DNA of 64,000 bases, taken from NCBI GenBank assembly GCA_030704615.1, contig CM060734.1, forward strand, positions 31,000,001-31,064,000, read 5' to 3'. A program made the translations under genes and the position numbers. The DNA comes from Takakia lepidozioides (lineage: Eukaryota > Plantae > Bryophyta). Position 1 is the stretch's first letter, and each line of letters starts with the position of its first letter. Shown piece after piece: positions 1 through 10,820 of this stretch. The notes under the pieces were generated by a model. That model made no database searches. It was not told the DNA's origin and saw only the letters and a list, made by a program, of their open reading frames with translations.

Positions 1-80
1 GGCCCACCCCCAAAATGGGGCAGTAGCCGCAAGGTGAAGTGGCTCTTAGTTACGTCGGCTTCGGCCGGAGTCTTCTCTCT
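1..80 (+). repeat. Structured 3'-terminal sequence of an RLE-type LINE family (copy 1)
   Basis: Closely matches the reverse complement of 29797-29871, which directly follows the LINE ORF stop. A third, more diverged copy is at 15855-15917. Confidence 0.75.
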
Positions 81-184
81 CTCCTATGACCGAGGTTAAA
101 AATCATAAAACTTCCATGACCGTGGGTTGTGCTCACCTGCGCGTGAGCATGCTCATGCGGTGTTCTCGCAATATCAACCCCGAG

Positions 185-270
185 TCATTCTCTTTGGCGG
201 TGTTGCTTGAGGCTTGATTTGTGAGTGGTCACTCCCGGGCATTTCCCTTCTTGGAAAAAAAAGAAAAAGG
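185..270 (+). mobile_element. SINE 3' tail fragment
   Basis: ggcttgatttgtgagtggtcactcccgggcatttccc plus an A-rich tail resembles the tails of the SINEs at 14450 and 55348. Confidence 0.5.
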
Positions 271-1429
271 AAAATCAGGTCTCTTTGAATGGCAACATAA
301 AAGACTATTATTCTCAAACAACTAATTTAGAGGTAGGGTGCGCTAGGATGGCAGGCTCCGCCCATAGGGCTTGGCGGAGGACAACACCTAAGTATGACGA
401 GGCTAACGACACATCCATTATACACCTATGTAACTGTAAAGCAATATTATAAATTGTGCCCTAACCACTAGGACATCCATAGGATGCTAACCATTAATTA
501 CTTAATAAATATATCGAAAAAATGGAGAGATAATTCATCCCAAAAGACCCTCATCTTTCTCGAGTTGAGCCTCACCGCGCCTAGCTATGGCGCCGTAGTG
601 TGGATTCCCCATGGCGTGGGGTGCACTTGGCTTGACTTGTAATTGAGTGATAAGGTTATATATGCATGAGTTTATGCTTCAGCTTTGTAAGCTCGCATGA
701 GCTTGTGCTTGTATTCTTCTTCTTTATCACTCGAGAAAGATGAGCTCGTATCTGTGAGTGCCAGATACGAGTTAGTTGTAGCACTTGTGGTTTTTGCTTG
801 AGGATGAGAGAAACCAGGTTGTTATGCAAGGAGCACCGTGGAGCCCTTGGTTGTTTAGAAGCGGAGGCGATGTGGGTTACGAGGTGGTAGACCTTGGCAT
901 TCGATCTTCAACTTCAGAGATGAAAGCACCATGCTGCAGGTAATTCCAGAGCACCTTGATGGTTTCAGATTGTGTACATGCATGAGCAAGCACGATTGGG
1001 AAGATGACCAGTCAAGAGCATCTTATAGTGGCTTTGGTGGCAAAGCTGAGAACTAGACTTGGGAATGCGAGCTTTCATTGTGTGAAGGATTGCAAGACCA
1101 AGCGAAAGGGCTGATTTGGCTTGGGGCAAATCAGTGCACTTTGTGGAGTATGTTGAGATTGGGTTTCAATCTCGAGCTTCAGCATTGAGAGGGCTCTTGT
1201 CATGGCAAAAGCAGGGCTGGAACAGGAGCTAAGAGGTGCGGCAAGGCCATGGAATGTGCACCTAGGGTTTCAGAGCTTGGAAGAAGAGCTCTTGCACCAC
1301 AAGAGGAGTGTCTTGTGGCTGGAAATGTAAGCCTTAGGGTTTCAGGAGCTTAGCAAAGGATGTGGAGTGCTTAGTCTTGTCTTAGAGAGCATCAAGGAGC
1401 CAAGGAGCCAAGATAGGGGGCTGATATTA

Positions 1430-1770
1430 CCTCTTGTGTGAAGAGGATGCATATGTGGAGCATGCATGCAGCCCATTGAAGCTTCCATCTTCAAGCTTGG
1501 AGGGCAAGCAATGAAGAGGGAAGGGCTGACTTCTCTTATGTGAGGGCAATGCATGTGTGGAGCATGCTTTCAGCCCGTTGAAGGCTTGCATTTTCAGGTT
1601 TGGGAGTGCAAGAAAGGAATGAAGGAGTTGATTTCCCTGTAGGGCATGTGTGGAGCATGCATTCAGCCTAGTTAGGCCTCCATCTTTAAGCTTTGGAGAG
1701 CTAGAAGAGAAGGTAAGGGGCTGATCTGCTCTTATGTGACAGTCCGACACTTGTAGAGCATGTTCTGAGT
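1430..1770. repeat. ~100 bp tandem repeat (3-4 diverged units) upstream of gag
   Basis: gcat(a/g)tgtggagcatgc...cagcc...(c/g)cat(c/t)tt(c/t)a(a/g)g recurs at ~1449, 1551 and 1644. Confidence 0.75.
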
Positions 1771-2174
1771 TGGGGTTTCAACTACAAGCCTAGGTAGAGC
1801 ATGGCTCTTGAAGTGGCAGGTGTAGGGGGCTGGAATAGGCTCTAAGACACATTCTATGGCCAAGGAGAGCGCATGAATAAGTGCCTACAAGGGCTGGAAG
1901 TCAGCCATGTTTGGTTAGTCGCCATAGGGATCAATGGCGCTGTTTTGTGAGTTAAAAAGAAGCTTGTGCACTTAGTTTCGGTTGCAAACATCTTCCTTTG
2001 GAATTAGAGGTACTATTGGTGGTGTGTGGGGGCCACAAAGAACAAGAATACCTTGCTGATTTCCTCACAGCCGCCATAGTTCGGTGCAAAAAAGCCTAGA
2101 GTCCAAGAGACACAAACCCTAGCTTGGCGTGGCTAAACCCCTTGGAGAAATGGCTAAACTGTCATGAGTGGCCA

Positions 2175-2660
2175 TGGATGGGGCTGTGACGGGCTGTGAT
2201 GGGCTGTGACAGGCTATGCCCTGTGGCCTGTGGGGTTGTGAGGGGCTGTGATAGGCTGTGATAGGCTGTGGTGGGCTGTGACAGGCTGTGGCCTTTGGGG
2301 CTGTGACCCCTGTGACCTGTGTAGGGCTGTGACAGGCTGTGCCTGTGGCCTTTGGGGCTATGACCGGCTGTGAGGGACTGTGACAGGCTGTGACCTGTGG
2401 CCTGTGGGGCTGTGAAGGACTATGACAGGCTGTGCCTATGGCCTTTGGGGCTGTGACGGGCTGTGACAGGCTGTGATATGTGGCATTTGGGGCCGTGAGG
2501 GGTTGTGACAGGCTGTGCCATGTGGCCTTTGGGGTTGTGACGGGCTGTGACCTGTGGCCTTGGGGGCTGTGAGGGGCTGTGACAGGCTGTGACCTGTGGC
2601 CTGTGTGGGGTTGTGACGGCTGTGACCAGTGATTTGTGTGGGCCTGTGCTGGTCTGTGGT
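2175..2660. repeat. GGCTGTGA-type minisatellite upstream of gag
   Basis: Dozens of gggctgtgac / aggctgtg / cctgtggcc units. Confidence 0.9.
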
Positions 2661-3579
2661 GGCCCGTGTTGACATGTGGACGGCCTATGCTAACTCGTGG
2701 AGGCACTGGTGGACTGCCTGAGGACTAGCATGTGGTCTTGAAGGCCAAATTTTGAAGCTCGTGGAGGGCGGTTTGAGGAGTATCTTCATGATATTTCCAT
2801 GGTCATGCAAGTGAGGGAAGAGAGGAGAATAAGAGTGTTGGGATGAGGGCATACTAGGGTTAGGCATTGCTTTAGCTTCTCTTCCTCGTAGTTTTCCACC
2901 CTCTCATTAGGCCAAGACCTTTCCGTAGGTGGAGGCAAGAGTCAGTCCGGGTTTGGGCTGGGGTGTCCTTGTAGGAGCAACACCGTGGAGTTGTTTTTGG
3001 TGTGGGGGAGTTGTCGTTCTGATTTCTTGTGTTTGGATCCCCTCTATACCTGCATGTTTGACTGTGTGCCATGTTAGTTTTGTGTGGGCGCTTGTTTTTA
3101 TAGGTGATTGGTCCGGATTTGATCACCGGCCAGTCCTAGAGCATGCTGTCGATGGTGAGGCTGGGGTGATGACTAGTCAGACCATCATTGTTTCTCTTGT
3201 GGTGAGGTTGGAGGTGATGACAAGCCAACCATAGGAGTGCTTGCGGTGGATGCAGGTGCAAGTGTAGGCTATGTTAGGAACCTAGTATTCTAAACCATAA
3301 GCTGCAACAGGTTCTCTACCCGGTTACCTTGTGGAGAGGGGGTTAGGGACATGTTCATGACCAGTTGAGTGACAGTTTGTCAACACGGAGGTGCCACTAG
3401 TTGCTGGGGACAGTGCCGGTTCGAGCACTAGCAATACTAGTGGGTACACGAGACGAGGTGTGCAGTTTAGGCCACCTTCACCTCCTGTGTCTTCTACGGA
3501 AGGTTCTGATTCGGATTGTGAATCAGGAAGACTCACACCGGCGGTGCAAGTTGTTTCCTTGCCATTGTTGTGGGACACA

Positions 3580-4660
3580 ATGGAGGAGATGTATGGAGCT
3601 ACCAAGGGGCCACGAAGGTACTCTGGGGTTGTGGGCACCATCGAGTTGGATGATTTTATCCAAGAGTTTGATAGTTGGTGTGATTTGCAGCAAATGCGCA
3701 ATCCACAACTATTTACGCCTTTCATGGCATAGAAGGGGCTGTTTCAGCACCTTGAGGGGCCGCCTATGGATGATTATCATGAGTTCAGGCGGGGGCATGA
3801 GGTTGAAATCGAGGAGTGGATGATGTACTGGTCATCCGACTATGTCTCCATCACTAGGGGCACTAGAGCCACGAGGGCAGTGGCTACACCTGCCGCTGCA
3901 CCGGCAGCTTTAGCAAGCAGTAGTGGGACTAGCGGGACTGGCGGTACCGTAGCTACGACGTCCACCCAAGCCACTACCGCACCAGCACCAGTACCCGTGC
4001 CTGCCTTCAACCCTGTTGTGGAGTTCTTCAAAGAGTTGAGAGGGAACTACCAAGGGGTGAGGACAGAGAAGTTGCGGAGCTTGCAAGAGTTCCAACGGAA
4101 GCCTACTGAGAGCTTGAGGGAGGCTTTCACTCGCATGAGGCGCTTGATAAATGTAACCCAAGGGGTTATGGAAGCTCAGGCAGTCCAATTCTGGTATGGG
4201 ATATTGGACAAGGAGCTGAGGAGAAGGGTGCGGGATGCAACTCTCCTACAAGAGGCCCAACCCACTTTAGCAAATGTGTTTTTGCTGGTAGAGCGGATAG
4301 AGCTCAACATAGTGGAGGAACGAGTGGTCCTGGTGGGATTTGCTAAAGAGACACCACGGGGTAGTGGTGCTCCTAGCCAACCACTACATCAACGTGCTCA
4401 AGACAACAAGGGGGCCCAGGTGAATCCCAGGGAATAACAGAGAGGACCTCAGAAGCAGGGGTCTCTCCCTTCATTTGCAGGCCAACAACGGACAAAAGTG
4501 GTGTGTTGGACATGTGGAGGACCCCATGTCAAGAAGGATTTCCCAGAGGGAGGCAAATGGCCGGCATATGTACAGCCTGCACAGTTGCAGTGTGGGCATT
4601 GTGGCAAACACGGGCATGGAAAGGCCTAGTGTTATGGTTTGCATCCTGAGTTGCGCCCAG
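3580..4660 (+). pseudogene. gag: Gag with two zinc knuckles
   Basis: LDDFIQEFDSWC and LQEFQRKPTESLREAFTRMRRL; knuckles CWTCGGPHVKKDF (~4504) and CGHCGKHGHGKA*C (~4591). Confidence 0.8.
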
Positions 4661-5574
4661 GCCTGTTCCAAGGGAACAATGGTGGCCGGGGGCGAGGTGG
4701 GGCAGCCCAGAGAGGATGAGGTGGCCAGGCACGAGGTGTAGGCCAAGGGCAAGCTCAACATGGCCAAGGACGCGGAGGTCAGGGTGTTGACCAAGGCATG
4801 GCCAACCGGCTTCAGCAGCTAGAGCAGAGGCTCGCTGCCATGGCTACAGCTCAGGTGGTACCGGCTCCAAGGCCGGATGGTCCACCTCCTGCTCCTGAGG
4901 GAGGAGATATGGGAGGTATGGGATTCATGTGCGGAGCAGCACTACCACTAGTGCAGGTGGAGTCTGCTGCAGCCGTGACTCGAGGAGCAGCACGAGTTCC
5001 TGAGCCACGAGGTGCAGAGGTGGAGTTGGATCCACAGCGTGGGGAGGCAAGCCGTCAGGCTAGGCTTCCTTAGTCATTCACATTGGCGGAGACAGTGTCG
5101 ACGCCATCCATGGCACCTAGTTCTCGCCCGACTGTGATCGAGGCGGAGATTACTATGCCATTGAGGAGAGCTACACAGGTAGCACCACTACCTAGTGTTG
5201 CCAAGGCTACGGCAGCTAGTGTGCTGCTGGGAGCGGCCACATCTGTGTGCTAGGCTCCATTGTTCTTGGCTACCAGGATTATGACGTCGGGGGTAAGACC
5301 AGCTGAGGTGTTCAGGCTGGCAGCTACACTCTGTGAGAGTGGGGAGGTTACTTCATCTTCTACGGAGATAGTAGGAGGTGTAGTGCCGGAGGGATCCTTG
5401 GATTTGAGGGTCAAGATTGCCACGGTGGCGCCATGACAAGCTGCAGCTGTCAGGTTGATGGAGCTGCTAGCTAGGCCAGCCATTGAGCGCACCATGGTGA
5501 CACCTGGAGTTGTCATGTTAGACAACCAGGATGACATTTTTTGTTTGAGTGGACCGGCAGGCAAGAGGTACCGG

Positions 5575-5880
5575 CCACTGCGGGTCTTGTTGGACTCGGA
5601 AGCTCAGCTATTGATGTTGGGCAGAGCTGCTATTGTAGGCTTGGGCCTCACGGAGACGGATATGGAGCCTTGTCATTTCCAGATACAGACGTCTCTGGGA
5701 GGATCGGAGCAGGCTCGGGGCATGACACGGCGTGAGTTGGCTATCAGACTATGGCCGGATCACCGTACAGATGGCTCAGTGATGTGAGCCAAGGCCATTG
5801 TGACAGACGCGATCTCGTACGATGTCCTGGTTGGTGGGGTAGTGTTGTACCCCATGGGCTTCACCCCGGATTTTTGGGAG
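5575..5880 (+). pseudogene. Retropepsin-type aspartic protease
   Basis: RVLLDSEAQ (degenerate LLDSGA motif) and downstream SYDVLVGG. Confidence 0.7.
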
Positions 5881-6303
5881 GAGTCAGCTTCCTATAGGCC
5901 TGGATAGCAGTCAGGGGAGGGCCGGCGTGTGCAGCTCCCTGTAACATTCATAGGAAGAGTTGCGGTTGCCCAGCGAGGCAAAATGCCGACACTAACAGCA
6001 TTCACAGCTGCAGTGAGTTGGCCTGGAGAGTTGCTTGAGGGCAACGCTCATTCAGAGGATGTGTCACCTCCAGGAGAGCAGGATGACATGCATGGTATGG
6101 CGGAGTTGTCTGCCATGATTGCTCAGACTCCATTGTGGGGCACGAGCAAGGATTTGCAGCACGTTACTGATCGATGGGTACAACAAGCCTGGGTAGAGGC
6201 TTTTGTACCATCAGGAGAGGAGGAGAGTGCGGGGATTTCACCAGGACCACCTCAGTTGTCTCCATTGGACACCACACCTATTGTGTGGCAGTATCCGGAT
6301 GAA

Positions 6304-7255
6304 GGCATTTGTCTTCTGGACTTGTTTGGCGGGATCAGCACCGGATTGGCTGCTATGTTACAGACAGGTGTACGAGTTCGGCATTACCTATATGTGGAGA
6401 GGGATGAGACTGCATGACACGTTTCACTTCGCCATGTTGCTAAGTTGGTGCAGCAGTACCCTGAGTTGTTGCTGGTATCTGAAGTTTGTGGATATCAGCA
6501 GGCCTTGCCAGCAGACATTTTGTTGCTGGGGGTGCAGGATTTGGAGCGGGTTGGCTCCATTGATCTGGTAGTGGCAGGTTGGCCCTGCCAAGGGCATTCA
6601 TCAGCCGGGCATGACAATGGATTGCGAGACTCGAGGTCAGGTTTGTTTTGGGAGATGGTGCGGGTTTTGCGCCACTTGCAGCTTCATCAAGCTATATCTC
6701 CAGCATACATCTTGGAGAATGTGCCACTGATAGGCGATTCTCGGGCCAGGGTGATGGCCCGTGTGCATCAAGTCCGGTCGTGGCTTGGATCAGCAGTGTT
6801 GCTAGATGCAGCTATAGTGGGGTCACGGGCTCATCGTCCACGGCTATGGTGGACTAACTTGATGTCACCCACACTGCTCAAGCGTGCATTTGATGGGGTG
6901 CAGCGGCCAGCACACCTCACAGTGGATAGCATTTTGGATACAGGCCGGAGGCAGTCTCAGCGTGTGAGACACGATGACCGTTCGCCTTTGGCAGTGGTCA
7001 ACAAGGTGGGTCAAGCACGAGCAACATTACCTACACTGCTCAGCTTCCCAGGATCGCATGTTTTCCAGGATAGTGGACCTGGCCTCCTGTGGGATGCTCA
7101 GTTGCAACAGTTAGTGGAGCCTAATGCTGACGAGCATGAGCGGGCAATGGGTTTTACCACTGGTACCACGGCGGTGCCGTCTCTTCTGAGGCATCACATC
7201 GTCAGGTGTTGGGGCAAGCAATGGATCTCAATTGCTTGACCTGGATTATCAGCTT
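6304..7255 (+). pseudogene. C5-cytosine DNA methyltransferase domain within Pol
   Basis: Motif I LLDLFGGISTG, II YVERD, IV DLVVAGWPCQG (catalytic PC), V DSRSGLF, VI YILENV, VIII RAHRPRLWWTN, IX EHERAMGF, X LGQAMD after the frameshift. One internal stop at 6415. Confidence 0.92.
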
Positions 7256-7679
7256 GGCTATGGCTGAGCAACGCAGAGTGCGGAGTACACTTCCCTCAAT
7301 GGTCCTTCTGCCTACTGAGACGGTACAGGCAGTGAGTGGGGGCGAGCATGAGAGGACCACGGGGTGCAGGCATCCATGGCACATGTAGGAGGTGCTCGAG
7401 GTTCAGAGGGAGTTGGCAGCCAAGGTGGCGGTGATGGATGAGGTTGGGGATTTTTTTCGGGTTGAGGAAGTCCTCGAGGATGAGATGATGGGGCAGGATG
7501 AGGCTTTGTCATTGACTGAGCATGTAGGGAGTACTGCTCAAGAGGTTGCAACATAGCAACCACTGGACGCGTCCTCTACCTTTAAGCCCACTGGACTTAA
7601 GGTTGCAATTACGGAGGACAATTGGGAGCTTGACATTGGACCCATTGTCACCGGAGGATAGAGACGACGTATACGGCGG

Positions 7680-7973
7680 TTCCTGAGGGCTTACATGAAT
7701 TGCTTTGCCTTCAGTTTGAAGGACTTGGGAGCACTGAAGGGTCAAGAGATTCGTATTGAGTTGGCCATTGACACGCCAATCTTTCGGAGACCCTATTGAT
7801 ACAGTGACATGAAGAGGTCTTTGATTCAGATGAGGACTCAAGATCTCTGGGAGGCTGGTTTGGTGGAGCTCTCTAGTCGAGAGTATGCTTCAGCCACAGT
7901 GATGCCAGTCAAGAAGGATGTCTATGGCAATTGAACGGAGAGACGTATGTGCGGTGATTACCGGCCTGTAAAT
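7680..7973 (+). pseudogene. N-terminal part of Ty3/gypsy reverse transcriptase
   Basis: CFAFSLKDLG...IRIELAIDTPIFRRPY*YS...LWEAGLVELSSREYASATVMPVKKD...RMCGDYRPVN, the typical gypsy RT start. Confidence 0.88.
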
Positions 7974-8387
7974 ATGGTCATTGAGAAAAGACCAGAAGTC
8001 GCATCTTTCAGTTGTGGTATTTGGAGCATAGATGTTTAGAAGACCTATTGTTCCAGTGTTGTTGGGGAGAGTGAGGACACAAAGCTGAATCCTACCAGGC
8101 ATCCAGGTTGCTTCAGAGGAGACTAGCGTTTGCAAGGAGGGAGATAGAAGAATAGCAATACCCCATTTCGTACCTTCGGATGTAGGTTTCCAGTAAGCAA
8201 AGTTCAATGGCCATAGGTGGTCAGTTAGAGCATTGATTTTCCTAAGGTCTAATTTGTGCTCCTGAAAAAAGATTACCGAGTCGTTTTGAAGAAAGGATGG
8301 CAGCCAGGTTTTGATTTTGAGTCTTTTGAGAGAGGCTCGGTCCGAGCCGAGCCCACGAATGTTGCACGAAGTGATGTTAAGAATCAT
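7974..8387 (-). pseudogene. LINE ORF2 APE endonuclease, N-terminal fragment
   Basis: ITSCNIRGL...VIFFQEHKL...GIAILL...LLNIYAPN...RCDFWSFL. Confidence 0.88.
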
Positions 8388-9863
8388 TGAGTAGCTGAGG
8401 AGGACCGAGAAGCAAGGTCTCATTTGATAGCCCTTTTGAAACGTGACCCTACGGTCAGTGGGGCGAAGGGATTTAACCCACTGGAAGAGTGGGGGGGGGG
8501 GGGGTTTGAACTCTTCTTTTGAATTTGCACAAAAATGCCATTGAGGGCAAGAGAATCCGGGAGGAATGGGGGAGAGCAGAATTGCTCTCTGGGACATTAA
8601 TCGACAGGGAACTAATGCTGACCAGTTTGGGGAAGAAGTCCATTCACCATAGCAAGCAGAGGCGAGGAGGTCAGGCCATCTCTGCTTCAGTCAAGTTCTC
8701 AATAATAGCACCATTTACAATGAAGCAACAGACCAGGAAAAGATCCAATTATTTCCTTGTTCAATGGCCAGAAAAGGCATTGAATGGTTGCTTCTCCCTT
8801 TCAGATGTCGAATCAACGTCCATGTCAGAAGGTGAAGGTGAAGGGGAGGGAGCCCTTACCCCATTGAGGTGATCCCGAGTCCTTTGAATCTCCATCCTGT
8901 GGTTTTCCTCATCAGTTTCAGACTCTAAGTAGGCTGCCAACAGTTGGAATGCATTAACCAGCGTGTCTTGATTCCTAATCTACAGCTTGTGTCCCCCTCC
9001 TGGCTTAGAGAGATAAGCCTCATAAGTCCAGATGGCATCAATTGGCGGAGGAGACGAGTAGATCTCCACGTCTTCCCTGAGGGCCAGCACATGGGTGTTT
9101 GGTTTGCATCCCAAGCAAGGGAACTCATCCAGGTAAGCACCCCAATAAATCTTGGTTGATGATGCCAGAAAATAGTGCGGAAGGAAGGCCTGTAAATACT
9201 TTGCACTTTCAGTCTGAGCATAGTAGATGGGTTGCTATCAGGGGGGCATGTTTGGAAAAATTGTCTAATGTCAGTTGCTGTGATCCACAGTGATTCCACA
9301 AGCTCGAAATCGTCCGAAGTGACCAAGATTGAGGGTGGGTTCCTCTTTCTGAAGATGAGCGGAGTGATGCAGGATGCCTGTGGAGCTTCCAACACTTCCA
9401 GAGCGGAGCAGATCTTCAAGTTCAGGCTCGGGAATGAGCAGCACATTCTTAGACAGATTTTGGAGAATACCGAGTTGTTGGCGATTCCAGAGATGACCCT
9501 GGGAATTGGCAAATTGGAGTGTTTAGGAGGTTTGGTAGGAAGAATGAGCTGAAGAGTAGGGTTCTGCAACCTACCAGTTGCTTGACCATGACTCTTGGGG
9601 ATCGTTGACCTACCCTGGGCTTGCCCCTGACTCTTAATAGCAGGAACCAGCTTCCAGAAACATGGGGTCTAGAGAGGAGTCATGTCTAGCAGAGGAGTGC
9701 GGCCTTAATGATCTGAATTGCATTGTGTCCTGCTGCACAGGAGTAGGGTGTGCTGAATATGAAATAAAAGCAGAAGATGACCTTCCTAGCAGTTGGAGAT
9801 TGCCTTCCTGATCAGCTTGGGGAGGAGGGACCTCACCCCGGGGGAGTAACTCCCTATCACTTG

Positions 9864-10820
9864 TATAGGGCACGTGAGATAAATAGGTATTTTGTAGGGG
9901 GTATTACTTTTACTTTGGGTATTTTTTAGTACCCTATAATTACATAATTTTGTGATATGGCGATTTTTTGGCATGTTATTTTAATTATAATTTTTTGTTT
10001 CAAACAAATATTAGGCACCCTATATTAATAATACAATAAAAGATTTTTTTTTAACAAGACAATGAATTTATTATTCGGTTGAAATAAATTCATTTAAAGC
10101 ATTCGCATCATCCGCATTCAAAGTATAAACGTTTTGCGCTCTATCGAAAGTCATAGTGACTGAATTAATAATTGAATCTACATCTATCCACTTGTTGTCG
10201 GTATGATCATATTTGAATTTAAATTGTCCTCTAGATTTGGAGAAGTAGTTTAATAACACCATAACTGGTGTGGTTGGTCTATTTAGGAGATCAATAGGCT
10301 GTTGCCATATCCCCACCTGCTTCCTGCCATCCTTCTCATTTTTTGAATCATACCTAGCCACCTTCCCTCATCTTCACTAGTAGCTATATTGGATGTTGGC
10401 ACACCCTTGCGACTCCCCTTGGGAGGGGTGGGAAGAGCACAACAGCGAGGAGTACTAACTTAGGTCGTGTGCGCACGCAGGGGGGGGGGAGTGAACTTAG
10501 TGCATGAGGCGGACAAAAGAAAAAGAAATGAACGTAATAGAGGTTTGATCTCATGATGATGCGGCTACCAGGTACCCATAAGTTTTTTTTTTGGTAAGTA
10601 TTAAGTTTTCCCCTAAGAGCATGTATATATTTTTGGATTTTTTCATAGATATTTATCTCAACCCTATATTAGTTTTAACAAAAAATTAAAATCAGTCATT
10701 ATTTTAGACCCTATATTAATTTAAATTCACCGATCACAATATAATGTACCCTTTATTACTTTAAAATGTTTTCTAATTTTTATCTTTTGTGAATAAATTG
10801 CACCCTATATTTTTTTGCAC
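9864..10820. mobile_element. AT-rich DNA-transposon derivative inserted in LINE ORF1
   Basis: Abrupt AT-rich block interrupts ORF1, with tataggg/ccctata near its ends and an internal ORF fragment (10071-10361) that may be a transposase C-terminus. Confidence 0.5.

Larger units (their letters stand above)
3391..7973 (+). mobile_element. Ty3/gypsy LTR retrotransposon gag-pol carrying a C5 DNA methyltransferase (degenerate, 3'-truncated)
   Basis: ORFs starting at 3391, 3766, 4798, 5455, 5929 and 6445 share one frame broken only by stops. One frameshift near 7180 leads into the RT frame. Domain order is Gag, 2 CCHC, protease, MTase, RT. Confidence 0.9.

Noticed and set aside
1-80. Hammerhead/HDV ribozyme or 16S rRNA fragment
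   Set aside because: No CUGANGA/GAAA core or HDV pseudoknot; the resemblance to 16S helix 27 is limited to a short GNRA hairpin.
2119-2706. 195 aa repetitive ORF
   Set aside because: It is a translation of the minisatellite on the antisense strand.
6304-7255. Bacterial restriction-modification contaminant or host MET1/CMT/DRM gene
   Set aside because: In frame with Gag and protease, decayed like the rest of the element, with no introns, BAH, chromo or UBA domains and no motif permutation.
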